64,000 nucleotides of DNA from Paraspadella gotoi (taxonomy: Eukaryota > Animalia > Chaetognatha), in contig CM119271.1 of NCBI GenBank assembly GCA_051294375.1, positions 17,137,799 to 17,201,798 of the forward strand, given 5' to 3'. This document shows positions 32,477 through 45,866 of the stretch, piece by piece. The stretch's first letter is position 1. Each line of letters starts with the position of its first letter. The notes below the pieces were generated by a model, which saw nothing but the letters and a program-made list of their open reading frames with translations, was not told where the DNA came from and did no database searches. The position numbers and the translations under genes are program-made.

Positions 32477-34616
32477 TTTTTAGTCGGATCTGCTTATCAA
32501 CAGATCCCGACTCTATAACTCACTTTGTCGGTCCGTCGGTCCGCCCCCTCAATATTGTCGGGCACACACTTATATCATGTCAGAACATCGAATTATGATT
32601 AATTATGCAAAAAAAACGATGTCCGTCCGTCTGTCCGTCCGTCCGTCCGTCCGTCCGTCCGTTCGACCTTAGCAAAAAACTCCAATTACTCGTGATTGGA
32701 TGGATGGATTGGTATGACATTTTGTGTGTGGGTAGGAAACTGTGTGATTGAGGTGGATATGAAGTTTCGAGGGAATCGTGCGAGTGGAAATTGGTTTAAA
32801 TGGAAATTGAACACCAATTGCTCATGAGTGGATAGGGCAATTGACTTGAAATTTTGTATGATGGTAGGAAAGTGTGTGATTGAGCTGGATATAAAGTCTC
32901 GATGGAATCGTGCGAGTGGAAATGAGTTAAAATGGAAAAAACAAAAGTCATATTTACTTGAAGTATTTTTACTTAAATTTACTCATAATTATTATGTTTA
33001 TTGAAAATTGGATAGATAAATCGAAATTTAATTTTGTGTGTGGGTAGGAAAGTATGTGATATAGCTGGATATAAATTTTTTGATGGAATCGTAGGAGTGG
33101 AAAAGAGTTCTAATTAGAAAAATAAAAGACACATTTATTTGAATTTTTTAAAGTTTCTCTCTCTCTATCTCTTCTCTGAATTGATTGATTGATTGATTGA
33201 CCAAATTAATGCCAGTTGACCAATTCTTAAAGTTTGATCAGTTCTGGCAAGTTGACCAAATTAATAGTCCTGTTGACCAAATTATGCAGTTTGACCAAAT
33301 TATGCGGTTGATCAAATTATTTAATTGATCAAATTAGTAGTTACCAATTATGTAGTAGACCAAATTCATGTCAGTTAACCCAATTAATGCAAGTTGACGC
33401 AAGTTAGCTTATGACAACTTAATTATCGATTGACCTGAAATTTTGTAATGTAGTAGAAAAGTGGTATGATTGAACAGGAAACCAATTTTCGATGGAATCT
33501 TTTTGAGTGGAAATGAGTTTAAATGGAAAAAACAAAAAACCTGTTCATCACTAATTCATTTGATTCCTTTTCCTTTTATATTAACGTTTATGCAGGATGT
33601 AATAATAAATAAATAATTAATCAGTTAATAATCAATTAGTCAATTAATTTATCATATTATTTAATCAGTCAACATCCGTCCATCGTCCCACTTAACAAAG
33701 CTCCAATAACTCGTGATCGGCTTGTCGATATGGAATGAATTTGTGTGTGGGTAGGAAAGTGGTGTGATAAAGCTGGATATAAAAGTTTCGAAGAATCTGT
33801 GAGTGGAATGGTTTAATGGAAAACACATAAGTGCATTTACTAAAATATTTTTTACTTATTTTAAAACTAATAAGTACTCTAATTAATCTAATTGGATGGA
33901 TAGATTGAGTTTTAAATTTTTTGTGTCGGTAGAAAAATGTGTAAACGATGCCTTGATATAAAGTTTCGGTGGACAGTAACTTAGTGGAAATGGAGTTTAT
34001 ATGATAAAAACTATGAGTCACATTTATTGAATCTTTTACTTATTTTTAAACCATAATAGATTGAGATGAAATTTTGTGAGCGTGTAGGAAAGTGGTGTGA
34101 GAAGCTAGATATAAAGTTTTGACAGAATTGTGCGAGTGGAAATGAGTTTAAATGGAAAAAAAATAAGTCACAATTATGTGAATCTTTATTATTTAAGATT
34201 AACTAATTTTATGATTACTATAATGTTATAATTAATTATTTATTTAATTATTGAAAAAATGATGCAATTTCAAAAAATTGTGCAAGTTGAAAAATGATGC
34301 AAGCAGAAAATGAAGCAGTTAAAAAAAATCCTAAAGCATAAGGATCGTCGCAATTGCTAAAAGAAAGAGAGAGAGAAGAGAGAGAGAGAGCAAGAAAAAT
34401 GAAGCATAAGGATAGTGCGCAATTGCAAGAGAGAGAGAGAGAGAGAGGAGAAAGAGAGCCAGAAACCCATGGCATAAGGTAATGTCGGGCAATTGCAAAA
34501 GAGCGAGAGAGAGAGAGAAAGGAGAGCAGAAAAATGAGCATAAGGAATGGTCGCAATTGCAAAGATGAGAAGAGGAGAGAGAGATGAGAAAAAATGAGCA
34601 TAGGATCATTGCAAAT

Positions 34617-34655
<39 letters not shown>

Positions 34656-35906
34656 AAAGAGATAAAAATTAAGCGAATAAAAAAGTTGTTAATTATTACT
34701 CACTGAATAAAAATACTATTAAAAATACTTACACATACATAAAATTGATAAAATTATTATTCCGAATACATTTGTTTAATCATGCAATATATCTAGTAAG
34801 GCGGGCCAAATTCTAATACTTTTAACTTTTCGTTCTTCAAAAAATTTCTTTTTTCCTTCTAACTCACTAATCCGATTTTTCAATGTAACTTTTGAATTAG
34901 TTCCATTGGGTTGTTGCATTGAAGCTTTTTAAAATATTTATTAATATAGTAACAAATGACAAAAAAAATTTTAAAAATTTGATTTTTTTAAGAAGCGGGT
35001 TTTGTAGAGCTTAAAAAGTTAAATGAATTTAGTAACTATAATTTTTTTCAAATTTGACAATTGAAAATTGGTTAAAAATATGAAAAAACCTAAAAATTAT
35101 CATCATCATTATTGGCTCAAATTTTATTTTTTTTTAAATTTTTCATTAATAAAAACAAAAAAAATTTTAAAAGTTTTGTATTAATAACCTTTATCTAACT
35201 TTTAAAGCTCTATCAGAATCTAATAAAAAATTGATAAGCCAAAATTTTTAAAAATTTTTTTCATTTTGTCATATTTTTTTTAATCAGTCGCTTTACCATA
35301 TTTTTTGAAAGAAACTTCTAGTTTTCAAGCCTGTTCCGGCTAATAATCTAGTAAGGCGGGCAAAATTGAACATTTTTAAATAACTTCTTGTTTTTTAAAT
35401 TTTTTTCCTTTTACTATTAAAATCGATTTTTAGTATGTAATTTTTGAATTAGTTCATTGGGTTTTTGTTGCACTGAAGCTTTTAAATATTTTATAATATA
35501 TCATTAATTATATAAAGTTTGACGGAATTGTGCCAGTGGAATGAGTTTAGATGGAAAAAAAACATAAGTCACATTTTACTTGAATCTTTAATATAATGAT
35601 TATAATAAATGTTTATTAGTTAATTAATTATTATTAAATTAAATATTAATTGCAATAAAAAGAGAGAGAGAGAAGAGAGAGAGAGAGAGTGAGAGAGAGG
35701 AGAGAGAAGGAGACGCTAAAATAAAACTAGAGGATATTTGTTTGTTTTGGATAAATGTAACAAAACAATTTTAAGGATATCGATGATGATGAAGTTGAAT
35801 ATAAATTTAAAATTTATTATATATTAAATTATTAATTAATTAATCGATTAATTAATTAATTAATAAATTACGTAGGCAGATCCGACATTGTTTGCTTCAA
35901 CTTGTT
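32477..35906 (+). mobile_element. Helentron-associated non-autonomous element (HINE/DINE-1-like) with internal satellite
   Basis: TTTTTA + 5' subTIR GTCGGATCTGC (32483-32493) with nearby inverted copy CAGATCCCGAC; (GTCC)n microsatellite 32621-32661; multiple ~115-180-bp units (ttttgtgtgtgggtaggaaagtgtgtga...gagtggaaatgagtttaaatggaaaa); 3' subTIR GCAGATCCGAC (35876-35886); ends in CTTGTT. Confidence 0.75.
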
Positions 35907-35969
35907 TATTTAGACTTTCTCTTTTGTTTTTAATTTACAAATGCTGTTGTTGTTATTGTTGTTCTTTGC

Positions 35970-36020
35970 AAATGCTGATGAAGACGTCGAAATCCGTAAG
36001 AGGTCGAAACATGTTCCAAT
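35970..36020 (+). ncRNA. Degenerate minimal hammerhead ribozyme
   Basis: CTGATGA-A-GACgTC...GAgGTC-GAAA-CATG-TT. The core is intact, stem II has 1 mismatch and stem I is poor. The downstream AATAAA...ttgttgttaaaaa resembles the tail after the 29401 hammerhead. Confidence 0.55.
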
Positions 36021-36599
36021 TTTATTTGCAAAAAATAAAAATAAATTGTTGTTAAAAAACGATTTTTTCGTTAGATGCTCTTCAAGATTTTTTATTAACA
36101 ATGTTTTTTTACAAGCAGGCCAAAATCGATAAAAATCATCAAAAATTAAGGATTCAGAAGAAAAGTACATCTGCAAATATTCAAGTTGATCATCATAAAT
36201 TAATGCAGCACATTTTTTCCAATTTTAAATCATTTATTGGGAATTAATAAAAAAATAAATGGTATATCTGTAGTCGGGCTTGCTTGGTTCACCCGCCTAT
36301 AAGCATGCGGCCACGCTTCAGTCTGACCCGGTTGCTTCATTGAGTAAAAGCCATCAGCTCATGACCACTAGGTACCCAGTACAGGTGCAGTTTGGCACCC
36401 GTAACAGTCCGTCGGTCAATGCAATCACGAATCGACTGTCAAACGCGCGCGCGAGATAAATGATTGCCCCGGATCCATCCCGCGCGGAACAGACATTTCA
36501 GGTTACGAGAGAGCGAAAGAGAGAGAGAGAGAGAGTTTCGAGATTTTCGAGATTCGAATGTTTCGGAGAAGAGAGAGAGAGAGAGAGAGAGTTTCAGAT

Positions 36600-36874
36600 T
36601 TCAAGAATTCGAACGTTCGGAGAGAGAGAGAGAGAGGACAGATATACGACGTCTGTTCCATCACGGCGTGAACATACACTGGAACCGATCGATGTTCCTA
36701 CTTTTTTGCGGGTTAACTGCGCGCCCGATATTCTTTCAAACTCGTTCAACTCGTTGACAGCTTCATACCCAGAGGCAATGTTTACGCTTCTGTCACTCTG
36801 GGGACGCGTCCCCTATAAAAAATTTCGTGATATGCGGTTTCCCCGGCTATCTTTATTCCACAGTTAACTAACAT
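36600..36874 (-). other. Coding-like segment C of the tandem unit (frameshifted); paralog at ~45240-45500
   Basis: Manual translation MLVNCGIKIAGETAYHEIFY...(one frameshift)...DRSVNIASGYEAVNELNEFERISGAQLTRKKVGTSIGSSVCSRRDGTDVVYL. No family recognised. Confidence 0.3.
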
Positions 36875-37379
36875 AATCGACTATTCATTTGGCAAATATT
36901 TTTTATTGTTCAAACATAGGTTTCTACAAGATCTAACAAGGAACGAAACTTAACTACGACATTGTCACGGGCATCAGAGGAATAACTAGAAACTAACCTA
37001 CGAGTTTTATTTTCTGCATGGCACACGTCAATAATACAATGAGAGAAACAATAATCATACGGGCTACAACTATGAGTATGATCTCCGTCTCGTGTCCGGA
37101 TGAATTGAGTTCGAACATCTTTTCCCCGTTATCGACTGGAATTTTTAAAGTAATAAACAAAATATTTTTAAAAACATATTTTCAATTTTAAATATACTAT
37201 TATTTACTTACGCGATCGTCATCGGATTCGCACTCGTTTCAAAATAATATTTTTGGGATAGCCAATTTTTTTCGAATTTCGAATTTTAAGTTTCTCTTTA
37301 CAAATCTTGATGTTTTCAAACGGGGAAGTGTTCGAAACTCGTGCCAAAAAAGTTAAATATATTATTCCAGACAGAGAGA

Positions 37380-39847
37380 GAGAGTTTTTACTTTGTTCCG
37401 GCCTTATTGCAACAATGTATCTTTTAATTATTTATTTATCCTGTTAAGTCTATCTCTTCTTCTCTCTTTCTCTCTAACAATTTCATTTCTTTTTTAAAAA
37501 AACTCACTCCCCAAAAATTTTTTTATCCCCCGGTTTTTTTTTGTTTCAACTTACCCTGTCTCACCTCTGACCATATTCTGTCTACCACTTTGTTGGCGAA
37601 AATTACAACTGCATACGGCAATGAAAAAACTTTTTCTAAAAACAATATTTTTTAAGAAACGATTCAGATAGCCCAGATAAAAAGTTTTTCTACACAAAGT
37701 ATAAGCGTTTTTTTCCAATATTTCAACATGATAAGTGGGGCCAAACAAAGGAAAAAACTCTTTAAAAATCATTCATCATCATCGTCGTACCATATATTTT
37801 TATAGTTTTTTGCTAATTTTAAAGCAATAACAACAATTTGGAAATCTTGTAGTAATATTTTTTTATTTATTTTTTTAATCTCTACCCGAATTCGTTTTTA
37901 AAAATTCTGATTTTGAAACAAATATTTTCAAATGATTTAATAGTAATCGATAAACCTTTAATGCTTCTATGTTATTAACTGTATATAAAACCTTAAATTT
38001 TTTCTAATTTCGTTATCCACAGGGATGCTTCTAACTTTATTTATATTACGAACTCTTAGTTTTACTTTGGTTTCTGGGCATTGAGCATTTAAAATATTTA
38101 TCAATGCATAGACAACTGAAAAAAACTTTTTTATAAAATTCTATTTTTTAAGAACAGATTCAGATAGCCCATAAAAAGTTTTCTACACAAGTATAACGCG
38201 TTTTCAATATTTCAATGATAAGTGGGCAATACAGAAAACTCTTTTAAAATCATCATCATCACCGTCGTACCATAATTTTTATAAGTTTTTTGCTAATTTT
38301 TAAGCAATAACAAAAAAATTTGGAAATCTTGTTAGTATATTTTTTAATTATTTTTTTAATTCTAACCCGAATTCGTTTTTAAAAAATTCTGATTTTGAAA
38401 AAATATTTTCATGATTATAGTAATCGATACAACTTTTATAATGCTTCTATGTTATTAATGTATATAAAATCTTAAATTTTTTTTAATTTCGTTATCCCAC
38501 GGGAATTCTCTAAACGTTTATTTATATTACAGAATCTTAGTTTTTACTACTTTGTTCCGCCTTATTGGCACAATGTATCCTTTTATTATTTATTTATCCC
38601 TGTTACGTTATCTCTCTCTCTCTCCTCTTTCTCCTCTAACAAATTCTTCTTTCCTTTTTTTAAAAAACTGCACTCAATCTGTGTTCAACTAACCCTGTCT
38701 CACCTCTGACCACTTTCTGTCTACCACTTTGTGGAAATTATCAATGCATAGGCAATGAAAAAAACTTTTTTATATCTATTTTTTAAGAACAGATCAGATA
38801 GCCATAAAAAGTTTTCTACCAAAGTATAACGCGTTTTTTCGAATATTCAATGATAAGTGGGCAAACAAGGAAACTCTTTAAAATATCATCATCATCGGTC
38901 GTACCATAATTTATAGGTTTTTTTTTTTGCTAATTTTAAAGCAATAAAACAAAACATTTGGAAATTTGTAGTCAATATTTTTTTATTTATTTTTTTAATC
39001 TCTACCCGAATCCGTTTTTAAAAATTCTGATTTTGAAAAAAATATTTCATGATTTATAGTATAGAGATAAAAACTTTAAATGCTTCTATGTTATTACTGT
39101 ATAAAAATCTTAATTTTTTTAATTTCGTTATCTCACAGGGATGCTCTAACGTTATTTATTTAAACGAATCTTAGTTTTTACTTGTTCTTCATTGAAGCAT
39201 TTAAATATTTATCATGCTAGACAATGAAAAAATCTTTTATTAAAAAATTTTTATTTTTTAAGAAAGATTAGAATAGCCATAAAAGTTTTCTACCAAAGTA
39301 TCGCGTTTCAATATTTCAATGATAAGTGGGCAAATAAAGGAAAAACTCTTTAAATCAATCATCATCAACGTCGTACCATAATTTTATAGTTTTTTGTAAA
39401 TTTTAAGCAATAAACAAAAATTTGAAATCTTGTGTATATTTTTTTTATTTTTTAATCTCTACGATTCGTTTTTAAAATTTCTGATTTTGAAACAAATATT
39501 TTCATGATTTAATAGTAATCACGATAAACTTTAAATGCTTCTATGTTTTAAAACTTGTTTTATATAAAATTCTTAATTTTTTTTTAATTTAGTTATCCCA
39601 CAGGGTGCTCTATAACGTTATTTATATTACAGAACTCTTGAGTTTTTAGCTTTGTTTCGCTTAATTGCACAATGTATCTTTTTAATTTATTTATTTTCCT
39701 GTTAAGTTATCTCTCTCTCTTCTCTCTTCTCTCTAAACAAATTCATTTCCTTTTTTAAAAAAACTCACTCATCTGTGTTCAACGTTACCCTGTCACTCAC
39801 CTCTGCGCACTCATTTCTGCTCACCACTTTGTTGGATAAAATTTAAC

Positions 39848-39886
<39 letters not shown>

Positions 39887-39900
39887 TCTTCTATTGCACA
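37380..39900. repeat. Internal tandem amplification: four ~0.47-0.64-kb AT-rich subunits (~1.1-kb higher-order dimer)
   Basis: catcatca..gtcgtaccat...ttttaagcaata... recurs at ~37775, 38250, 38885 and 39357. Part of the subunit is single-copy in the other array units (46400-46830). Confidence 0.85.
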
Positions 39901-39920
39901 ATAATTTTATCTCAAACTAA

Positions 39921-39965
39921 AAACGCTGAAGGGCTTGAATTGCTAAAGCCGAAACATGTCTGTTT
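39921..39965 (+). ncRNA. Minimal hammerhead ribozyme in array copy 1 (2-nt deletion at core/stem II junction, possibly read error)
   Basis: AAACG-CTGAAG-GGCTT-gaattgcta-AAGCC-GAAA-CATG-TC^TGTTT. Confidence 0.65.
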
Positions 39966-40189
39966 ATCAACATACACAGATTTGTGTTGAAACCAATAAA
40001 AACTTTTTCTCTCTAAATCATTTCTCTGAAAAAAGCAAGATTATCAACAATAATTTCAAATTTAAATTTTTTTATTTCTTTTTACAAGTCTTCGATCGAT
40101 TCGATGGGGAAAGTTTTTGAAAATCTCGTGCAAAAAAAATTCAGAATATATTTTCCCAGAGACAAGAGAGAGAGAGAGAAGAGAGACGC

Positions 40190-40735
40190 AATCCCGTTAA
40201 CTATTTTGTACGTAGGGGAAAGCTATTAGCGTCAAATAAAGTTCCCCATCGTCTTCGCCTCCCCCAATCGGTCCCTACTCGCGAGCATCCTCTTCAAATC
40301 ATAAGCATGCCCTCAAAGACGTGAGCCGCATATTTTTTTACTTTTCGTCTCATTCGGAGCAAATGCTCAGGGGTTTTGCTCGGTCTTCACTGTTACCGCC
40401 CGTTGGGTCGTGTTGTCGCAGCCCCCCATTTGATCGAGCGTCGAACGCATCCCCGTCATCGCGGCGCTCGTCGTTGTCGAGGTCCACGTTTCGTCGAGGT
40501 CGAGCCGCATCCCCGTATCGCGGGCGCTCGGTCGTTGTCGGCGGCCCCGCGGTTTTTCGGTCGAGCTTCGCGCATGCGCCGTTGACTCGCCGTCCGTGTC
40601 GTTTTTGGCGGTACTTCGTTTCTGTCGAGCTCGAGCGCATCCCATCGTCGTGCTCGGTCTTGGCATTTGCCGTCGTCGTGTCGTCGTTTCGCGCAATCCC
40701 GCGAAAATGTTTACCGCGATCAACTCGTAGCATAA
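40190..40735 (-). other. Coding-like segment A, copy 1 (acidic repeats, tyrosine-motif tail)
   Basis: GC-rich island; the frameshifted translation ends ...GEDDGELYLTLIAFP(T)YKIVN. Homologous to 47218-47750. Confidence 0.35.
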
Positions 40736-41619
40736 TAAATGTACGATCATTTTGCAAGAGTAGAGAGAGAAAGAGGAGAGAAGAGCGACTCAATTTCAGC
40801 TTTTCAATGGAAATCATGGATTCAATTTTCGCATTGACGGACTTACGCCGCCCGGCCAACCAATTTTTTTTTGTCGCTCATTCTCCTCTTTCCTCCCCTT
40901 TTCTATCATTTGATTATGCAAATCCTCAGCTAAAATCTGACTCTTGGTTGTACATTGATGGGTTTAAGGTTTTAACATTTATCAAGCTTCTTTATTAATT
41001 TCGGTTTTGTACTATTCTATTTTTTAATTATGCTCATAAAAAATTTGTTAAATACAAAAATATTTTTATATGAAACCAAAATACAGGACTGGAAGACGAG
41101 GCAACGAACACACCACCCAGAAGAGAGAGAGCGAGAGAGAAAGAGAGAGAGAGAGAGAGAAAGATTTTACGGATTTGTTTCATAAGTTAAATCTTATTTC
41201 TGAGATAACTATGTCAAAGATAATTTTATTCTAATTTGTGATACTATATTTTAAATTAAATTTTTTAAAATTAAGTAACTTGGAAATGATCCATATAATG
41301 TATTAAGTTATTCGCTTTGTATAGGATCAGGTAAAGCTTTTTTTAGCATAAGTGATAGAAAAAACTATAAGATATAAAGAGAAGAAGAGAGAGAGGAAAC
41401 GAGAAAATATCAAAGCGGGGGAAATGGTCTTTTGATTCATCGCATAGGACTCCGGATATCAATCAAAAAGTATGTACTCAAAATGGTTCATGTTATTATA
41501 TTTCTGTCATGTACTTATCTATCATATAACACCTACGCCTTGCATTCACACGCAGAGAGAGAGAGAGAGAGAGAGACAAGATACATACACACACATCAAC
41601 AAGAGAGAGAGCACGCAGC

Positions 41620-42055
41620 GACGTGCAAAGTTTCTGATGAAGGGCATGCGACATTCTGTCCGCGCCATGTGCTTCTAATTCTCATCTGATAATTTGGACA
41701 ACCAAGATGACAGAACGTCGTCCAACCAAAAATTACATCACCTGAATAAAGAAAAATTAAATCAAATACTCGCCTCAAAGACTTATAACTAGCAAAAAAA
41801 ACTAAAAAAGAATTATTCGGAGACGCCTGGCGCATTGTCCATTGATGACTCAACCTTGGATTTATCTCTTTCTCTCAAAATCTTTCCATGAGACAGAGTT
41901 CCAAGAAAACCAAGGAAATCTTTCTTTCGTGATTCAACTATTTAAAAATTCGGATTTATCTTCTGCTTCACAACCTCCGCCGTTTTAACGCCTCAAAGCG
42001 CCCCATTTTTTACGAGTTGAAGAAGAACGAAATCTCGTTCGAAACATGTCTGCTA
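41620..42055 (-). other. Coding-like upstream segment (helical domain + hydrophobic stretch + Cys motif), copy 1
   Basis: After an AG: QTCFERDFVLLQLVKNGAL...; later VIFGWTTFCHLGCPNYQ...NVACP. Homologs lie at 52650-52893 (cut by gap), 56915-57385 and 63234-63704. Confidence 0.3.
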
Positions 42056-44099
42056 TACAAATAAAAATTCGTTATGAAAAACTAAAAAAATTTAATCTAT
42101 TTCATCTAAAAAATGATATCTAGCCTATCATTCAAAGGAATTTTATAGTGATAGTCATTATTTTTTTTGGTAAAGGAAAGTAAGCAAAAACAATTCTTTA
42201 TCTCTTATTGTAGCAGAAACAAAAATTAATATTAGGAAACAAAATTAGGTGGTTCATACTTAAATTATCTTTATATGATCCATTATTTTATTTTTGTATT
42301 AAAAAAAAATATTTTTACTAATTATAAATTTTTATTTTTTACTGTTCAAAAACTATAATTTTAGAAATTAAGCCATCATTAAACAAAGGCTTTACAAGAC
42401 TAAATATTTTTTTATATTAACTAGAAGCATAAAAAACAAACATCAAAATTTTTATTCTTTTAAAATATAATTGTATACCATTTATTATTCATATTCATCC
42501 TTAAACATATTGGATAAATTATTATTGATACCTTAAGTTGATATTAATTATAATAATAAATTAACAACAGTATAAATTCTTTTCTTTTTTATATTTATAT
42601 TAATTTTTAAAGAAAGTTAACAATCAGGTCAATCTTTAATTTTGGTTCTTCCTAATTTTAAATTTTTGGAGATAAATTAAAATTTGGAAAAAGGAAATTT
42701 ACTTCTCAACGGATATTTTTTAAGAAAATTAGCCTGATATATCAAATTTTTTTAACCGTACTTTCCAAAATGATGCGAAAAAATTATATTGTTAAAAAAC
42801 TTATTAAAGAAGCAAACATAATATAATTTATGCAGACGTNNNNNNNNNNNNNNNNNNNNNNNNNNNNNNNNNNNNNNNNNNNNNNNNNNNNNNNNNNNNN
42901 NNNNNNNNNNNNNNNNNNNNNNNNNNNNNNNNNNNNNNNTATCTCCTCTCTCTCATCTCTCTCTCTATTCCCTCCTTCTTCACCGATCCTGCGATTCCAA
43001 TCGTTATCCAGCGCTTTGCTCGATTTTCGTATAGGATGAAGAGGGATGAATAGAGAAAAAGTAAATGAGAAGGAGGAAAGGCAATAAAGGAGGAAATAAA
43101 GGAAAGAAAATGACCGAAATGACGGAAGTATAAAAAAAGGAGAATGGAAATTGAAAAAAAAAGGAAGAAAGAAAATGACAATAATAAGACTTACTCACTT
43201 ATTACAAAAACTTTAAATCACATCACCGACTTATTTTTGAATTAAATCATTCAAAGATATAATTATCACAACAAAAAATGCTAATATCATTTTTCGGGCT
43301 TTTCGATGCAAACCCGGTCTCTCGCACACAGAGAGCGCGAGAGAGATGTAACCAATTAATTATAAGTAATCAATTTTTTCTCTCTCCCTCTCGTTCCCCT
43401 TTCCTCATCTTCCTACCTCACTTCCCCCTTCTCTCTCCCTCGCCCCTATCCTAACCTTCCTTTTCATATGTTCCTACTTCACTTTCTGTTTTTTTCTCGT
43501 TTGTCGTGATTGCTCATCTTGTACGGTTTTTTTCCCGTCGCCGTCTCAAACTCCGCAAGAGGCGCCATCGTTCTGAACGCGCGATTCCGTACAACCACGC
43601 ATTATGCAGAAGTCCCAGCGGAGGCAAACGGGTTTAGAAATTAACATCTGCAACAATCTTTATCTTTTTTTCCCTCGATCCATTGAGGCAAATATAACAT
43701 TTACTCTTTTCAAAGTAATAATTTTTTGAAACTATTGATGAGCAATGTGTCATCAATTAACCTATGGGCTGCTCGCAGTTGCTTTTCGTTGAGGTTGGCT
43801 CCTCCTTGACGACGCCAAAATAAACATCGTAACTCTGAAACGTCCACGTCCGTCATCTCCCAACCAGACGACGCCGCCAACGGCCGCCAACTGCCCCCAA
43901 CCGCCGCCAACTGCCGCTGACCGCGCCGTCAATAGTCGGCGTCGCCTCCAAAGAACTTCGATTCCGATGGCCTTGATTTTTTATTTCTTTTTTTCCTTCT
44001 ATTTTCTCTTCTTTCTTTTTTTTCTCCTTTATTTATTTTTTTTTTTGAATGCACGATCCGACTCATGGAACTGGCGTCGTTATTTTGCAGCAAGGGGCG

Positions 44100-44910
44100 A
44101 CGGTAGCGTGCGACGAAGTTGACACGACGACGACGTCGCTGGCGTAAGCACTGACGTATGACTGACGACGATGGAACAACGAGATTGGAGACGACGAGTA
44201 CGACGAATGGAGACAGAACGTGACGATGAACGAGACGAGTGTGAAACAACGGAACCGATGACGACGTACCGTTTGACAACGACATGGAGACAACTGACAT
44301 GACGAAGACGATGGAAACAACTGACGAACTAGACGACGACGACTGATGGACGACGATGAGGACGATGGAGACTTGACGAACGACGAAATGACGACGTATG
44401 AGAACAACGAGATGACGTGACGACGGACATGGAGACAACTACGATGACGACGAAGAATGGAAACAACCGACGATGGCATGACCGAACGATTACGACGACG
44501 ACAATGGAGACGACGATGGAGATGACGACGAGACGCATGATGACGATGAGACGGGCACGACGACGACGCGGACGACGAACTTGACCACGACGATGGAGAC
44601 GACGATGACGACGAACGACAATGGAGATCAATACGATACGATCACTGATGGAAACAACACGATGGCGATGACGACATGACGACGACGACAATGGAGAACT
44701 GACGATGGAGATGACGACGACGATGAGACGATGGAGACGACGACGACGACGGCGACAGACGAACTTGACAACGACGGTGATGATCGAAGTCGACGATGGC
44801 GCATGAAAGACAATTTCGACGATAACAAAATGGCGACGACGACGGCGACGACGACGATGGAGACGACGAACGACAATAAACGACGGGACGATTTAAATAC
44901 GACGATGACG
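44100..44910. repeat. Degenerate (GAC/GAT)-rich low-complexity array
   Basis: Recurrent gacgacgatggagac / gacgaac words with no stable reading frame. Confidence 0.8.
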
Positions 44911-45197
44911 CACGAACTACTAAGCAATGTGCGTGACAAATAAACTAAAATGGACGCAGATATTGACCAAACTGACTTGTTTTGATGTTTAATATTTTTA
45001 AAAATTTATTTTCAAAGTTACTGTCAATTCAAGACTATTTAACTCGAACACGAAAAAAATATATAGTAGGTGCATTATGTGTGCATCGTCCTCCGTCGTG
45101 CATACCAATTCACGATTCGAACCTGTCAAACATGTCAAACGCGCGCGCGAGAACAATATCACCGGCCGCGATTCGTCCCGCGGCGCGACGACATTCG

Positions 45198-45238
<41 letters not shown>

Positions 45239-45829
45239 ACCGACGTCTGTTCCGTCCCGCATATATCGACGTCTGTTCCGTCCTACAACGAAACAAACAA
45301 TCGGAACCATCAAGGTTCCTATTTTTTTACGGCTTAAAGCCATGGTGCCCCTATATTTCAAAACTCGTCAAACCGTTGACAGCTCCTAGCCAGAGGCAAT
45401 GTTTACCTTCTGTCACACAGAGAGAGCGCGTCCTCATAAAAAACTTTTCACGAATATGCGGGTTCCCCCGGCTATCTTATTCCATAGTTAACTGACATCA
45501 ATAGAACTATTCATTGGCAAATATTTTTTATTATTCAAACATAGGTTTCTATATCTAACAAAGGAACAAAACAAACTACGATATTATTACAAGGACAGGG
45601 AAATATCCTAGAAACTAACATACAAATTTTATTTTTACATGCACATGATCTCCATCTCGTGCCCGGACACATTTTTTTAAACTTCGAATTTTTTAAACTT
45701 CACAAGAATCTCGATCGATAAATTCGTGCCAAAAAAAGTTAAAATATATCACCCAGACACGAGAGAGAGAGAGAGAGAGAGAGAGATGAAGAGAGAGAGA
45801 GAGGAGACCGAACGACAGCGGAGAAACCC

Positions 45830-45864
<35 letters not shown>

Positions 45865-45866
<2 letters not shown>

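Larger units (their letters stand above)
36430..42830. repeat. Large tandem unit, copy 1 (most divergent)
   Basis: Colinear homology with 45110-53297 and 53323-59030 (e.g. gtcaaacgcgcgcgcgaga; gcaaatcctcagctaaa; gaaacatgtctgctatac). Confidence 0.9.

Noticed and set aside
40321-40998. 225-aa plus-strand ORF and similar plus-strand ORFs at 47433, 54929 and 55051
   Set aside because: Antisense shadows of GC-rich islands; frames are not conserved between copies, and the conserved motifs lie on the minus strand.
43929-44943. Overlapping S/V/R/T-rich ORFs
   Set aside because: Degenerate GAC repeat with constantly shifting phase; no evidence of coding constraint.
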